The position numbers and the translations under genes are program-made. A stretch of 64,000 bases of DNA, from NCBI GenBank assembly GCA_965237955.1, contig OZ250169.1:5952001-6016000 (forward strand), given 5' to 3'. Below, piece by piece: positions 1-9,669 of this stretch. This DNA comes from Candidatus Marinacidobacterales bacterium (GTDB lineage: Bacteria; Acidobacteriota; Vicinamibacteria; Marinacidobacterales; SMYC01). Below the pieces are notes generated by a model. It saw only the letters and a list, made by a program, of their open reading frames with translations, ran no database searches and was not told the origin of the DNA. Each line of letters starts with the position of its first letter. Position 1 is the first letter of the stretch.

Positions 1-1380
1 CGCGAGGCGCAACAAATGCTGGTGGTCGGGCGTCGTCGGATCGAACCCTGCGCCCGCGAGGCTTTCGACCGTGGGGCCGTCATAGTGAGAGAGCAGCTTG
101 GCGAGACGATCGAGGCTCGTTTCGGAAAGCCCGAGCGCTTTTCCCACATCGCGAACCGCCGAGCGCGCACGGTAGCGGACGACGTCCGCCACCATCGCGG
201 CCCGGTCGCGGCCGTATTTTTCGTAGACGAACTGGATGACTTCTTCACGCCGCTGGTGCATGATGTCGAGGTCGATGTCGGGAGGCTCGGCTCGATCTTT
301 CGAAAGAAACCGCTCGAACAAAAGACCCATGCGCACCGGATCGACGGCGGTGATACCGAGGCAATAGCACACCGAGGAGTTGGCCGCGGAGCCCCGCCCC
401 TGGCAGAGGATCTCGTTGCGACGGCAAAACTGTACGATCTCGTACATGGTGAGGAAGTAGCCACCGTAGTCGAGCTCTTCGATGAGGTCGAGCTCTTTAC
501 GGAGCTGTTGTCGCATGTCGTCGGGAACGTCGCCTCGGTAGCGCCAGCGCGCGCCTTCGAACGTCAAGTGCGCCAAGTACTCGGACGACGTGTTGCCGTT
601 AGGTAAACGCTCGGCGGGGTAGCGGTAGCGGATCTCCTGTAACGAGAAGTCGCAACGCTCGGCAATTGAAAGCGTTCTCTCCACCGCGAGCGGGTCGTCG
701 GCATAGAGCTCCCGAAACGCAATGGGAGTACGAAGACCGAACTCGGCGTTGGGCTTGAGACGACGTCCCGCGGCGCGTACCGTCGTTCCGTGCCGGATGG
801 CGGTGAGGACGTCCTGAAGGTCGCGCCGCTCTCGATGGTGATAGAGAACTTCCATCCCGGCGACGATGGGAACGTTGTATTGCGCAGCTTTTTCTCGGAG
901 AGCTTTTTCGTCCGGAACGTCCACGTCGCGCCGATGTCGTGTAGCCAGCGCGTAAACGCGGTTGCCGAAGGCTTCTCGCAAAAGCTCGAGAGGGCCTTGA
1001 CGGATCCAAAGCGCGAGCAAACCTTTCTGATGTTCGAAAACTTCCGTCCAGGAAACCGATGAGCTTCCTTTCTCTGACCGAAGCCGGCCTTTGGTGATGA
1101 GGCGGCAGAGGTTGCGATACCCTTTATGATTCTTGACGAGAAGAAGGATGGTGGCACCGTCGTCCATCGTGACCTGCGACCCAATGATGAGATGAATCCC
1201 GACTTCGAGAGCTTTCAGATGAGCTCGAACGATGCCGTAAACGCCATCGCGGTCGGTGATAGCAAGCCCGGGAAGCCCAAGCCGATAAGCTTCCTCGACG
1301 AGCTCCTCCGGATGACTCGCACCTTCCAGAAAGGAACTGTTCGATTTACACCACAGAGGGACGTACGGGGCTAGCGCCAC
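1..1380 (-). CDS. dnaE2: Error-prone DNA polymerase III alpha subunit DnaE2/ImuC, 5' part (runs off the window start)
   Basis: Manual minus-strand translation from GTG at 1380: [36 protein letters not shown] (PHP domain), later [18 protein letters not shown] and PPDIDLD. Start overlaps the imuB stop. Absent from the ORF track because there is no stop in the window. Confidence 0.92.
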   Translation of the reverse strand, partial: MALAPYVPLWCKSNSSFLEGASHPEELVEEAYRLGLPGLAITDRDGVYGIVRAHLKALEVGIHLIIGSQVTMDDGATILLLVKNHKGYRNLCRLITKGRLRSEKGSSSVSWTEVFEHQKGLLALWIRQGPLELLREAFGNRVYALATRHRRDVDVPDEKALREKAAQYNVPIVAGMEVLYHHRERRDLQDVLTAIRHGTTVRAAGRRLKPNAEFGLRTPIAFRELYADDPLAVERTLSIAERCDFSLQEIRYRYPAERLPNGNTSSEYLAHLTFEGARWRYRGDVPDDMRQQLRKELDLIEELDYGGYFLTMYEIVQFCRRNEILCQGRGSAANSSVCYCLGITAVDPVRMGLLFERFLSKDRAEPPDIDLDIMHQRREEVIQFVYEKYGRDRAAMVADVVRYRARSAVRDVGKALGLSETSLDRLAKLLSHYDGPTVESLAGAGFDPTTPDHQHLLRLA

Positions 1381-2206
1381 TATTCGATTCGTCCTTCCAA
1401 GAACCATCGGCGGCGAAAGCGGTCATAAAAAACCCAAAACACATCGCCTTGCTGCATCTTGACGAAGTAGTACTCACGCTGGACGGTGCGTTTCCACCAG
1501 CCACCCGACAAGATGTAAGGACCGAGAAAATCTTTGACCGGACCGAACTCCAGGCCGCGTAGCATCCAACCGTCGGGTTCGTGACGGGAACGAGGCGGGA
1601 GTGCCATCGGTTTTTCGTAGATGCGTCGGATGAGAGAGCGATTGCCTTCTTTCAGTGCCGCGGGCCCCCACCCCCACGGCTTCTCGCTTCGCGACTCGCC
1701 TTCGGCTCGCACTGCGCTCGGGCTGAGGGCTCCCGAAGGCTCCATACGAGCCGGAAGCTTCTCCAGAGGCGTCCACTGAAAACGCGCGCCGGGGAGGTGT
1801 CCGTCCAAAAGCTCTGCTTGTACGACCGCTTGATCGCCAAATTCTGCTCGCAATCGGGCGAACGCGCGGCTGCACATCTTGGGATCCCGTTTCGGCTTCT
1901 CCTCGACGAGAGAAAGCTGTTCCACAGTCTTACGGACGGCTTCGGCGCGAACGAGGAGCTCGACCGCACCCGCATTCAGACGTAGCGTTTCGAGCCGCAA
2001 GCGCACGAGACCTATTAGAAGGGGACTGTCGAGTGTCGGGGCATCGGGGTGAAGGACCTCATCGAGGGAGCTGTGGTCGTCGAGCTCGAGCCGGAGGATG
2101 AGCTTGGTCAATGCCAGGCTCTTGGCATCGAGCTCTTCGAGAAGCGCATCGAGAAGTTGTTTGACGAAGAACAGAAGACGCTCGCTGCTCGTTTCGGGGC
2201 TGGGAA
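1380..2206 (-). pseudogene. imuB: ImuB (inactive Y-family polymerase accessory), C-terminal part only; truncated at the IS256 end
   Basis: C-terminal GPYILSGGWW..REYYF..FWVFYD..WFLEG motif directly upstream of dnaE2. The frame stays open up to the IS256 terminal repeat at 2207. The N-terminal part and imuA are absent. Confidence 0.8.
1645..1753 (-). repeat. Palindrome-rich REP/MITE-like element lying in frame inside imuB
   Basis: GC-rich short inverted repeats (ggagccttcgggagccc, cgagccgaaggcgagtcgcgaagcgag) encode an apparent insertion EPSGALSPSAVRAEGESRSEKPWGWGPAALKE. Confidence 0.4.
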
Positions 2207-3653
2207 GGGAGATGCCCCTGAGATAGTTGAAGGTTAGGAGTGGCGGCTCCTAAGGCCGGGTTCGATAGAATCCGGCTGTGAAGGAAAAAGAAAGGAGCCA
2301 CCACGATGTCAAATTACCAAATCATCGATGCGAAGAACAGGAAGAAGCTTCGAGAGATACTGAGCTCGAAGGGGCAAGCTCTGTTGCCGTTCTTGGATGC
2401 GATTGAGCGAACCGAGATAGCGATCGACGAAGTGATCGACGTTGCTGGCCGAGCGACGATCGAAGCGGTCTTGGATCTGTCAGCCCAAAGTGTGGCTGGG
2501 GAGAAACACCCGGGGAAGAAGGGTAGCGATGTTCGCTGGCACGGCCGGCAGGGTGGCGTAGTAAGCCTTGCGGAGCGGAAGTTGAGAGTGAGCCGGCCAC
2601 GTCTGCGGCGTAAGGGAAAGGCAGAGGGAGGGGAGGTTGCGATTCCTGCCTACGAAGCGGTGAACAACTCGTCTCGGCTGAGCCAACGCATCTGGGAAAT
2701 CCTGATGCTGGGTGTGTCGACGCGCAAGTACGCGTCGGTTCTTCCCGAGATGGCGGAGACGGTAGGGGTTAGCAAGAGCGAGGTGAGCCGTGAGTTCGTG
2801 GAAGCAAGCGCGGAGCAGTTGCAGGGGCTGATGGAGCGTCCGCTGGACGAGCTGGAGATCGCGGTCGTGTACCTGGACGGGATTCGCTTCGGCGTGCACC
2901 ACGCGCTGGCGGCAATCGGCGTAGATACAGAGGGATACAAGCATGTTCTGGGGCTTCGGGATGGAGCATCGGAGAACCAGATAGTGTGCAAGGCGCTGCT
3001 GGAGGACCTGGTCGAACGAGGCCTGAGCCCAGAGCGGTGTCGGCTGTTCGTGATCGATGGCTCCAAGGCGCTACGGGTCGCCGTCGACGCTGTGTTCGGT
3101 ACCCACAACAAGGTCCAGCGTTGCAGGAAGCACAAGGAGCGCAATGTGCTCGGTTATCTGCCGCAGGAGCTGAAGCCGCAAGCGCAAGCGAGCCTGCGTT
3201 CGGCCTGGCAGCTCCCAGCAAAGAAGGGCAAAGCGCGGTTGGAGCAACAGGCGAAGTGGCTCGAGGACGACTACCCCTCGGCGGCGGAGAGCATCCGGGA
3301 GGGGCTCGACGAGATGTTCACCATCAACGAGCTCGACCTCCCCGCATCTCTGAAACGCTGCCTTGGATCGACGAACATCATCGAGTCGTGCTTCAGCGGT
3401 GCGCGAGGTCGTACCCGTCGCGTCACCCGCTGGCGCAATGGCAAGATGGTTCTGAGATGGGCCGCTTCGGCTCTGCTCGCCACGGAGAAAAATTTCCGTC
3501 GTATCATTGGATACCAATCGCTACCTATCCTCGAAGCGAAGTTAGCGGAGGTCACTGAGAATCAAGCGCTCGACAAGCACGCCAAAGTCGGGTAAACCAT
3601 GTGTCAGGAGCCGCCACCACCTCGAACCTCCAACTATGCTGGGGGCACCTCCC
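2207..3653 (+). mobile_element. IS256-family insertion sequence (no target-site duplication)
   Basis: Imperfect terminal IRs gggagatgcccctgagatagttg.. and ..caactatgctgggggcacctccc enclose a Mutator-type transposase. The flanks do not match each other. Confidence 0.9.
2306..3595 (+). CDS. IS256-family (Mutator) DDE transposase
   Basis: 429 aa with GVSTRKY, YLDG, VIDGSKAL, QRCRKHKERN and STNIIES motifs. Confidence 0.92.
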   Translation: MSNYQIIDAKNRKKLREILSSKGQALLPFLDAIERTEIAIDEVIDVAGRATIEAVLDLSAQSVAGEKHPGKKGSDVRWHGRQGGVVSLAERKLRVSRPRLRRKGKAEGGEVAIPAYEAVNNSSRLSQRIWEILMLGVSTRKYASVLPEMAETVGVSKSEVSREFVEASAEQLQGLMERPLDELEIAVVYLDGIRFGVHHALAAIGVDTEGYKHVLGLRDGASENQIVCKALLEDLVERGLSPERCRLFVIDGSKALRVAVDAVFGTHNKVQRCRKHKERNVLGYLPQELKPQAQASLRSAWQLPAKKGKARLEQQAKWLEDDYPSAAESIREGLDEMFTINELDLPASLKRCLGSTNIIESCFSGARGRTRRVTRWRNGKMVLRWAASALLATEKNFRRIIGYQSLPILEAKLAEVTENQALDKHAKVG

Positions 3654-3843
3654 GAGCATCACCTTGAGTGAGCACTTCGTGACGTTCATCGAGGAACAGG
3701 TTTCCGAAGGTCGCTACGGCAACGCGAGCGAAGTGATCCGCGCTGGCTTGAGGCTACTCGAAGAGCGTGAAGCCAAACTCGACGCTCTGCGACGCGCGAT
3801 CACTGAAGGAGAAACTGTCGTAGAATCAGTGCCTGATGGGTGA
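3654..3843 (+). pseudogene. ParD-like (CopG/Arc/MetJ ribbon-helix-helix) antitoxin remnant with no toxin
   Basis: SITLSEHFVTFIEEQVSEGRYGNASEVIRAGLRLLEE. Start removed by IS256 and no parE downstream. Confidence 0.8.
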
Positions 3844-4079
3844 GGAGGACAAAGCTCAATCGGATGGCGAGCATACCGTCGTTCAGGACGAGGACGAGCG
3901 TGCACGCTCGAAGGATCGCAGCGCCGAGCTCCCTGAGCCCGAAGTCCCCGGCTACGACGTGAAACGCCGCCTTGGCGCGGGCTCGTACGGGGAAGTCTGG
4001 CTTGCGATTCAAAAGAAGGTTCTCCTGTCGTTTCGGGGGATCTGATTTGTGTTGGAGGGCATGGCCTATGGACGCTGCC

Positions 4080-4374
4080 GCGATTGTGGAAAACGCCGAA
4101 AACTCCGGGCGAGAGAGGCGTTTAGGGAAAGGTTGTGAGCACGTACAAACGTGGAGCGGCGTTTTCCACAATCGCTTGGAAAACGCTTCGCGTTTCCCAC
4201 GAGCGCCCACAGGCCCCTCCTGATATATATACAAGAAAGATTAATTCATATGGAATAAGGAAGGGGGGGCTCGATTAGTGGAGGCTATGGAAAACGCCCT
4301 TCCAGGCTTCGAAGAGAACTCAGTCGTGAGCAAGGTCTGAACGACCAGAACCGTGGGGGCGTTTCCCACAGCCT
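4080..4374. repeat. Two related 18-bp inverted-repeat pairs in the ISL3 5' non-coding region
   Basis: GCGATTGTGGAAAACGCC (4080-4097) with GGCGTTTTCCACAATCGC (4158-4175), perfect. AGGCTATGGAAAACGCCC (4282-4299) with GGGCGTTTCCCACAGCCT (4357-4374), near perfect. Confidence 0.75.
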
Positions 4375-4500
4375 TGTCTCCCGCTGAGGGGCAGTGGCAT
4401 TTGGTGAGGCCCGTGGATTGAGAGGGTAAGCCATGTGTAGATGCGCATCGGCGAGAACGCTAGAATCTTTTTTTCCGAAAGAGAAAAGAGCGTTCCCGCG

Positions 4501-5721
4501 ATGCGCGTTACTACGTTAGTCAACAAGCTCATCGGATTGCAAGGCCTGTGGGTCCGAGGTTTCCACTTCCAGGCGGACAAAGCCAGAGTGGTGGTGGATG
4601 TAGTACCACGGAGGAGGAAGCCTCTGTGCGGGATTTGCGGACGAAAGGTCCGCAAGAACAAAGATCGCTACAATCGCTACTGGCGGCACTTGGACCTGTT
4701 CGGAGTCCGGACCTATCTTCGCTACTCGATCCGACGAGTGGTATGTCGGCGGTGTGGAGTGGTCAGAGAAAAGGTGCCTTGGGCAGACAAGGGAAGCCGC
4801 TTTACCAAAAGCTTCGAACAAGAGGTAGCGTGGCTGGCACAGAGGACGGACGTCAGCGCCGTAGCGAACTATTTCCGAGTGACGTGGCGTTCGGTGCGAC
4901 GGATCATCCAGCGAGTGGTTGCCGAGCAGCGGGATGAGCGGCGCGAGCTCGATGGATTGCGGGTGATTGGGATGGACGAGATCAGCTACCGCAAACGCCA
5001 CAAGTACTTAACAGTGGTAATAGACCATCTCAGCGGCCGGGTCGTCTGGGCGGGAAAGGAGCGCAAGGCCAAGACGCTGCTGCGGTTTTCCCGCAAGCTC
5101 GGACCACAAAGAGCCGCGGAGCTCGAAGCGGTCAGCATGGACATGTGGGAGCCGTACATAACTGTCGTCGGCAAAAAGGCTCCTCAGGCACGGGTGATCT
5201 TTGACCGCTTCCACATCGTCAAGCATCTGAACGAGGCCGTGGATAAGACCCGGCGCGAGCTGGTGCGCGAGCTCAAAGGGACTGCCCGGCGCAACCTCAA
5301 GAACACCAAGTTTCCCCTTCTCAAGGCCAAACACAACCGCAGCGCGAAAGACAAACGGGTGCTCCGCGAGCAGGTGCGAGCTAATCGTCGCCTCTACCGC
5401 GCCATGCTTCTGCGCGACGACTTCATGGACCTCTACACCTACAAAACCGAGACATGGGCCAAGAAGTTTCTCCGAGGATGGCTGCGGCGCGCTATGAGCT
5501 CGAGGATAGAGCCCGTCAAACGCGCGGCGAAGATGATCCGCAGCCACTTCGATGGCGTCATCGCGTGGGTCACGTGGAGACTCAGCAACGGCCGACTCGA
5601 AGGAATGAACAACAAAATCCGGCTGCTGAGCCACCGCAGCTTTGGACTCCACTCTGCCGAAGCTCTCATCAGTCTCGTCTACCTAAACTGTGGCGGTCTC
5701 ACCCTCGAGAGGATCCACTGA
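4501..5721 (+). CDS. ISL3-family transposase
   Basis: Zn-finger CGICG..CRRCG, IGMDE, SMDMWEPY, FDRFHIVK and SNGRLEGMNNKI motifs. Confidence 0.93.
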   Translation: MRVTTLVNKLIGLQGLWVRGFHFQADKARVVVDVVPRRRKPLCGICGRKVRKNKDRYNRYWRHLDLFGVRTYLRYSIRRVVCRRCGVVREKVPWADKGSRFTKSFEQEVAWLAQRTDVSAVANYFRVTWRSVRRIIQRVVAEQRDERRELDGLRVIGMDEISYRKRHKYLTVVIDHLSGRVVWAGKERKAKTLLRFSRKLGPQRAAELEAVSMDMWEPYITVVGKKAPQARVIFDRFHIVKHLNEAVDKTRRELVRELKGTARRNLKNTKFPLLKAKHNRSAKDKRVLREQVRANRRLYRAMLLRDDFMDLYTYKTETWAKKFLRGWLRRAMSSRIEPVKRAAKMIRSHFDGVIAWVTWRLSNGRLEGMNNKIRLLSHRSFGLHSAEALISLVYLNCGGLTLERIH

Positions 5722-7573
5722 AATGGCAGGAGAGGCCAAAAGAATACGGGACGCGAAGTCGCGATCAAATTCTTCTCGCGGTTCAAGGGTCTCGATTGGC
5801 CTCTCCTCAAAAGGGAAGTGGGAAAGCTCGTCGAAGTCCTCGGCGAGCGACGCGTCGTTCATCTGCTCCAAGTCGGGTGGGACGCCGAACCGCCGTACTA
5901 CGTCATGGAGTACCTTCCTGGAGGCTCGCTCGCCGAGCGTCTTTCCGGACGCGCGATCCCGGTGAAAGAAACGGTCGACGTGTTTCGCGAGGTCGCCGAG
6001 GCGCTCGTGTACTTGCACGGCAAAGCCATTCTTCATTGCGACCTGAAGCCGGCGAACGTGCTCTTCGACGATCACAACCAGATCCGGTTGGCGGATTTCG
6101 GCCAAGCGCGCCTGAGCAGCGAGGCGGGCCCGGCCGCGGGCACGCTCTTTTACATGGCACCCGAACAAGCCGCGCAAGACGCACGTCCCGACGTACGCTC
6201 CGACATTTATTCGCTCGGTGCTCTCGTCTACACGATGCTCACAGGTGCGCCACCGTATTCGGGGGGGAGGGCCACGACCGAGCTCCGCACCAGCAAATCG
6301 ACACGGGAGCGGATCGAACGTTATCGCGAAATCATCGAAGAATCCGACCCGCCGACAACACACCATCGTGTGGAAGGTGTCGACCGCTCCCTCGCCGAGA
6401 TCATCGATCGGTGTCTCGAGAAAAATCCGGATAAACGATACGAGAACGTCCCACAAGTTCTGGAGGCGCTCACGGCTCGGGCCAAGCGCCGCACCCAGAG
6501 ACCGCTCGTTGTTTTCGGTCTGCTGGGACCACTCGCGCTCGTTCTCGCGATGCCGGGCGTTGGAGTGTGGGCGTGGTACGAGGCCGACTCACAGGCGAGA
6601 GACACCCTCACACGACAAAACCTCGAAGGTGCGCTCGGGTTCGGAGAGCTCATCTCGGCGGTTGTCGATCGCAATCTATCCGCGGTGCAACGGCGCGTTA
6701 GCCGTGAAGCCGGACAAGAAGCGCTACACCGCCTCCTCGGCGCGGGACGCTCGACGGCGCTCCAGTCTTACACTGACGAGCTCTACGAAGCCTATCGAGA
6801 TCGTTCTTTTCACAACTGGGTCGTCACCGACACGAACGCGGTCGTGCTCGCTCGATCCCCGTTCGCCGATGGTGTCGTCGGTTCCCGGTACACGTATCGG
6901 GAATGGTTCACTGGCAACGAAGACGTTCCCCGCGATGAAGCGCCGGAGATCGCGATCCCGCGCTCCAAGACCGGCTTGACGCTGGCTTTCGAAAGCACAG
7001 CCTCCGACAATCCGATTCTCGTGAGCGTGGCGAGCCCGATCGTGTCGGATTCGAAACTCGTCGGCATTCTCATGGCAACGCTGCATCTGGAAACGTTCAA
7101 CGAGTGGTTGGAAGAAGCTGAAGGACCACCTTCGGAGACAGGCTGTCCCACTCGATTCGCCGTTCTTTTGAACCGCGGCCAGCTCGTGCGCCATCCGTGC
7201 CCTGCAGACGACGCGGTCAAACCGCCGGTGGGACGCGCGGAGTACTACGAGCTCAACGAAGTCCAGCGACTCAGGAGTGCTCCGGAAGGGTTCGCGGACG
7301 CCTATCCGGATCCGCTGAGAGGTGGGACGCCGTATCTCGCCACGTTCGTCGAGTTCCAGGACAACCCGGAGTGGAGCACGATCGTGCAACACGATCGCGC
7401 CGAGGCGATGTCGCCCATCACCCAGCTCGTCGATCGGTTCTCGACACTCGGCTGGATCGCGGCCGGGGTCGCGTTTTTTCTCGTGCTCGTCCTGTGGGCG
7501 CTGCTCTATCGCGTTATTCACGAGCGCTCGATCTCGCCGGCGCGCGGGGATCTCATCGAGCTCGATCTCTGAT

Positions 7574-9346
7574 ATGTCACGTCTCGTCGCTCGCGGGCCG
7601 GAGCTGAATGAACGTCGCTGCCGCCTCCGTCCCGATCGCCCCGTGCGTCTCGGCCGCCGGCCGACGAAAGATGATCGCTCCGACAGCGAGCTTTTCGCGG
7701 TTCCGTGGGAGTCGAGCCTGTCACGGAATCACGTCGACTTGCGTTGGGTGAAGGGGCGCCTGGAGATCGCGCGCATCGACAGTGCGACCAACCCCTTGTA
7801 CTTCAAAGGAATCGAGCAGGATCGGTTCGTCATGGAGCTCGGTGAGCACTTCGTAGTGGGAGAGACGACTTTCAGCCTTGTCGAAGATCGGGTGAGCGTT
7901 GCCCACGACGATCCGACGCCGCTCGACGTCGTCGGCTACACGATGGCGGAGCTCGCCGAGACGCGCTACCGCGACGCCGACGAGCGCATCGAGCTGCTTG
8001 CGACTCTGCCCGATGTCATCCGGCGCGCTTCGAATGATGAGGAGCTCTTCGCCCGATTGGTGCTCTTGCTGTTCGAAGGCATTGCGGCAGCCGACGCCGC
8101 CGCCATCGTGCGTGTCGTCGGAGACGAGAAGAAGATCCAAGTGTTCTACTGGGATAGCCGCAGGGCGACCACGAGCGAGCTCAAGCCGTCTCGGAAGCTG
8201 ATTCTCGACGCCGTCGACGACCGGCACCAAAGTGTGCGCAGCCTCTGGGGCGCGAACGCTGCCGACACGCCAACCGAGTACACGATGACCGACAGCGTGG
8301 ACTGGGCGTTCGTCACCCCAGTACCCGGGAAGGCGTGCGCAGGTTGGGGAATCTACGTCGCGGGCAAGGCGGGCGAAGCTCGGATCGATCTCCGACCAGA
8401 CGTCAAGTTCACCGAGCTCGTCGCGGACCTCCTCGGCGCGATGCGGGATTTCCAGGGTCTCGAACGACAGCAGGCAACCCTTGGACGGTTCTTTTCTCCG
8501 GTGACGCTTCCGATTTTGTCGAGCCCGGAAGGCGAGAACGCCCTCGCGCCCCGGGAGACGGAAGTCACGGTTTTGTTTTGCGACCTTCGCGGTTTCTCGC
8601 GGGAAGCGGAGCGCTCGAAAGACGACCTCATGGGACTACTTCACCGCGTCAGCCACGCGCTCGACGTGATGACGAAGTGCATTCACTCCCACCAGGGCGT
8701 CATCGGTGACTTCCAAGGGGATGCGGCGCTCGCGTTTTGGGGCTGGCCCCTCGACAGTGGGAACAGCGCGCTCGAGGCGTGTCGGGCGGCCGTCGAGATC
8801 CGCCAACGCTTTGCGAACGCTGCCCAGAGGGAAGACGACCCTCTGTCCGGGTTCCGGTGTGGCATTGGGATTGCGTCGGGACAGGCGGTGGCGGGACGGC
8901 TCGGAACCGCCGGGCAGTTCAAGATCGACGTGTTCGGGCCGGTGGTCAACCTCGCTTCGCGCCTCGAGGGGATCACGAAAATACTTCGGGTTCCGCTTCT
9001 CGTGGATGAGGGAACGGCTCGTCGGGTGCGAGACAACCCGTCCGGAGGCAGCGTGCGATTCCGGCGTCTTGCGCGGCTTCGTCCCTACGGCATGGACCTC
9101 GCCGTGACCGTGAGCGAGCTACTGCCGAATGCCGACGAGACTGGAGTCTTGACTGTCAAAGGGATACATCGATATGAGTCAGCTCTGGACGATTTCATCG
9201 GCGGCGACTGGGATGCCGCGTTCGCGGGCCTCCACGAAGTGCCGCACTGGGATCACGGCAAGGACTTCCTGACTTCTTTTATCTTGAAGCACCAACGGAA
9301 GCCGCCGGCAGGTTGGGACGGGGTCGTCCCCATGGACAGCAAATAG
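7574..9346 (+). CDS. FHA - GAF-like - class III nucleotidyl (adenylate/guanylate) cyclase
   Basis: ATG 1 nt after the kinase stop. FHA motifs LGR..SRNH..SATNP; cyclase motifs LFCDLRGFS, GDA and GPVVNLASRLE. Confidence 0.88.
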   Translation: MSRLVARGPELNERRCRLRPDRPVRLGRRPTKDDRSDSELFAVPWESSLSRNHVDLRWVKGRLEIARIDSATNPLYFKGIEQDRFVMELGEHFVVGETTFSLVEDRVSVAHDDPTPLDVVGYTMAELAETRYRDADERIELLATLPDVIRRASNDEELFARLVLLLFEGIAAADAAAIVRVVGDEKKIQVFYWDSRRATTSELKPSRKLILDAVDDRHQSVRSLWGANAADTPTEYTMTDSVDWAFVTPVPGKACAGWGIYVAGKAGEARIDLRPDVKFTELVADLLGAMRDFQGLERQQATLGRFFSPVTLPILSSPEGENALAPRETEVTVLFCDLRGFSREAERSKDDLMGLLHRVSHALDVMTKCIHSHQGVIGDFQGDAALAFWGWPLDSGNSALEACRAAVEIRQRFANAAQREDDPLSGFRCGIGIASGQAVAGRLGTAGQFKIDVFGPVVNLASRLEGITKILRVPLLVDEGTARRVRDNPSGGSVRFRRLARLRPYGMDLAVTVSELLPNADETGVLTVKGIHRYESALDDFIGGDWDAAFAGLHEVPHWDHGKDFLTSFILKHQRKPPAGWDGVVPMDSK

Positions 9347-9669
9347 TTCCCCGAAAGAAAGCTAGCAGGAAGGACAAGAACCCCAAGTCCGTCGGAGTCG
9401 TATCGTCGTCATAGCGCGAATCTCCAGTGGCTTTGTTGCCGAGAGCTCAGTTTGTCGACCATGGCGACGCGCGCGTCGGCTTCTCGCGAAGATGACCTTC
9501 GCAGGAGGAGGATTCCGCCAGCTACGCGCCCGCGGCATTCCTACGTGAAAGCTGACTATTTTCGTCTTGACATAACAGCGCCCGTGCGACAAAATCTTAC
9601 GCCCTCGACCGTAACGATGCCTATTCATGGCGCAGGCACCGACGAAGCGCCGGAGAAGGAGCTTCAGCA

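Larger units (their letters stand above)
4018..5736 (+). mobile_element. ISL3-family insertion sequence with 8-bp TSD CAAAAGAA
   Basis: IRs ggttctcctgtcgtttcgggggatc and gatccactgaaatggcaggagaggc. TSD at 4010-4017 and 5737-5744. Confidence 0.93.
3836..7572 (+). pseudogene. Membrane Ser/Thr protein kinase with TM-flanked extracytoplasmic (Cache/PDC-like) sensor region, interrupted by ISL3
   Basis: 3836-4017 encodes LGAGSYGEVWLAIQK. Removing the IS and one TSD restores ..QKNTGREVAIKFF.. in frame, then HCDLKPAN, DFG, APE and two hydrophobic TM segments. Confidence 0.88.

Noticed and set aside
16-606. 196-aa plus-strand ORF
   Set aside because: Antisense shadow of dnaE2; the real motifs are on the minus strand.
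7574-9346. Pycsar/CBASS-like anti-phage system
   Set aside because: No cNMP-binding TIR or TM effector is adjacent; the FHA-GAF architecture and kinase partner point to signalling.
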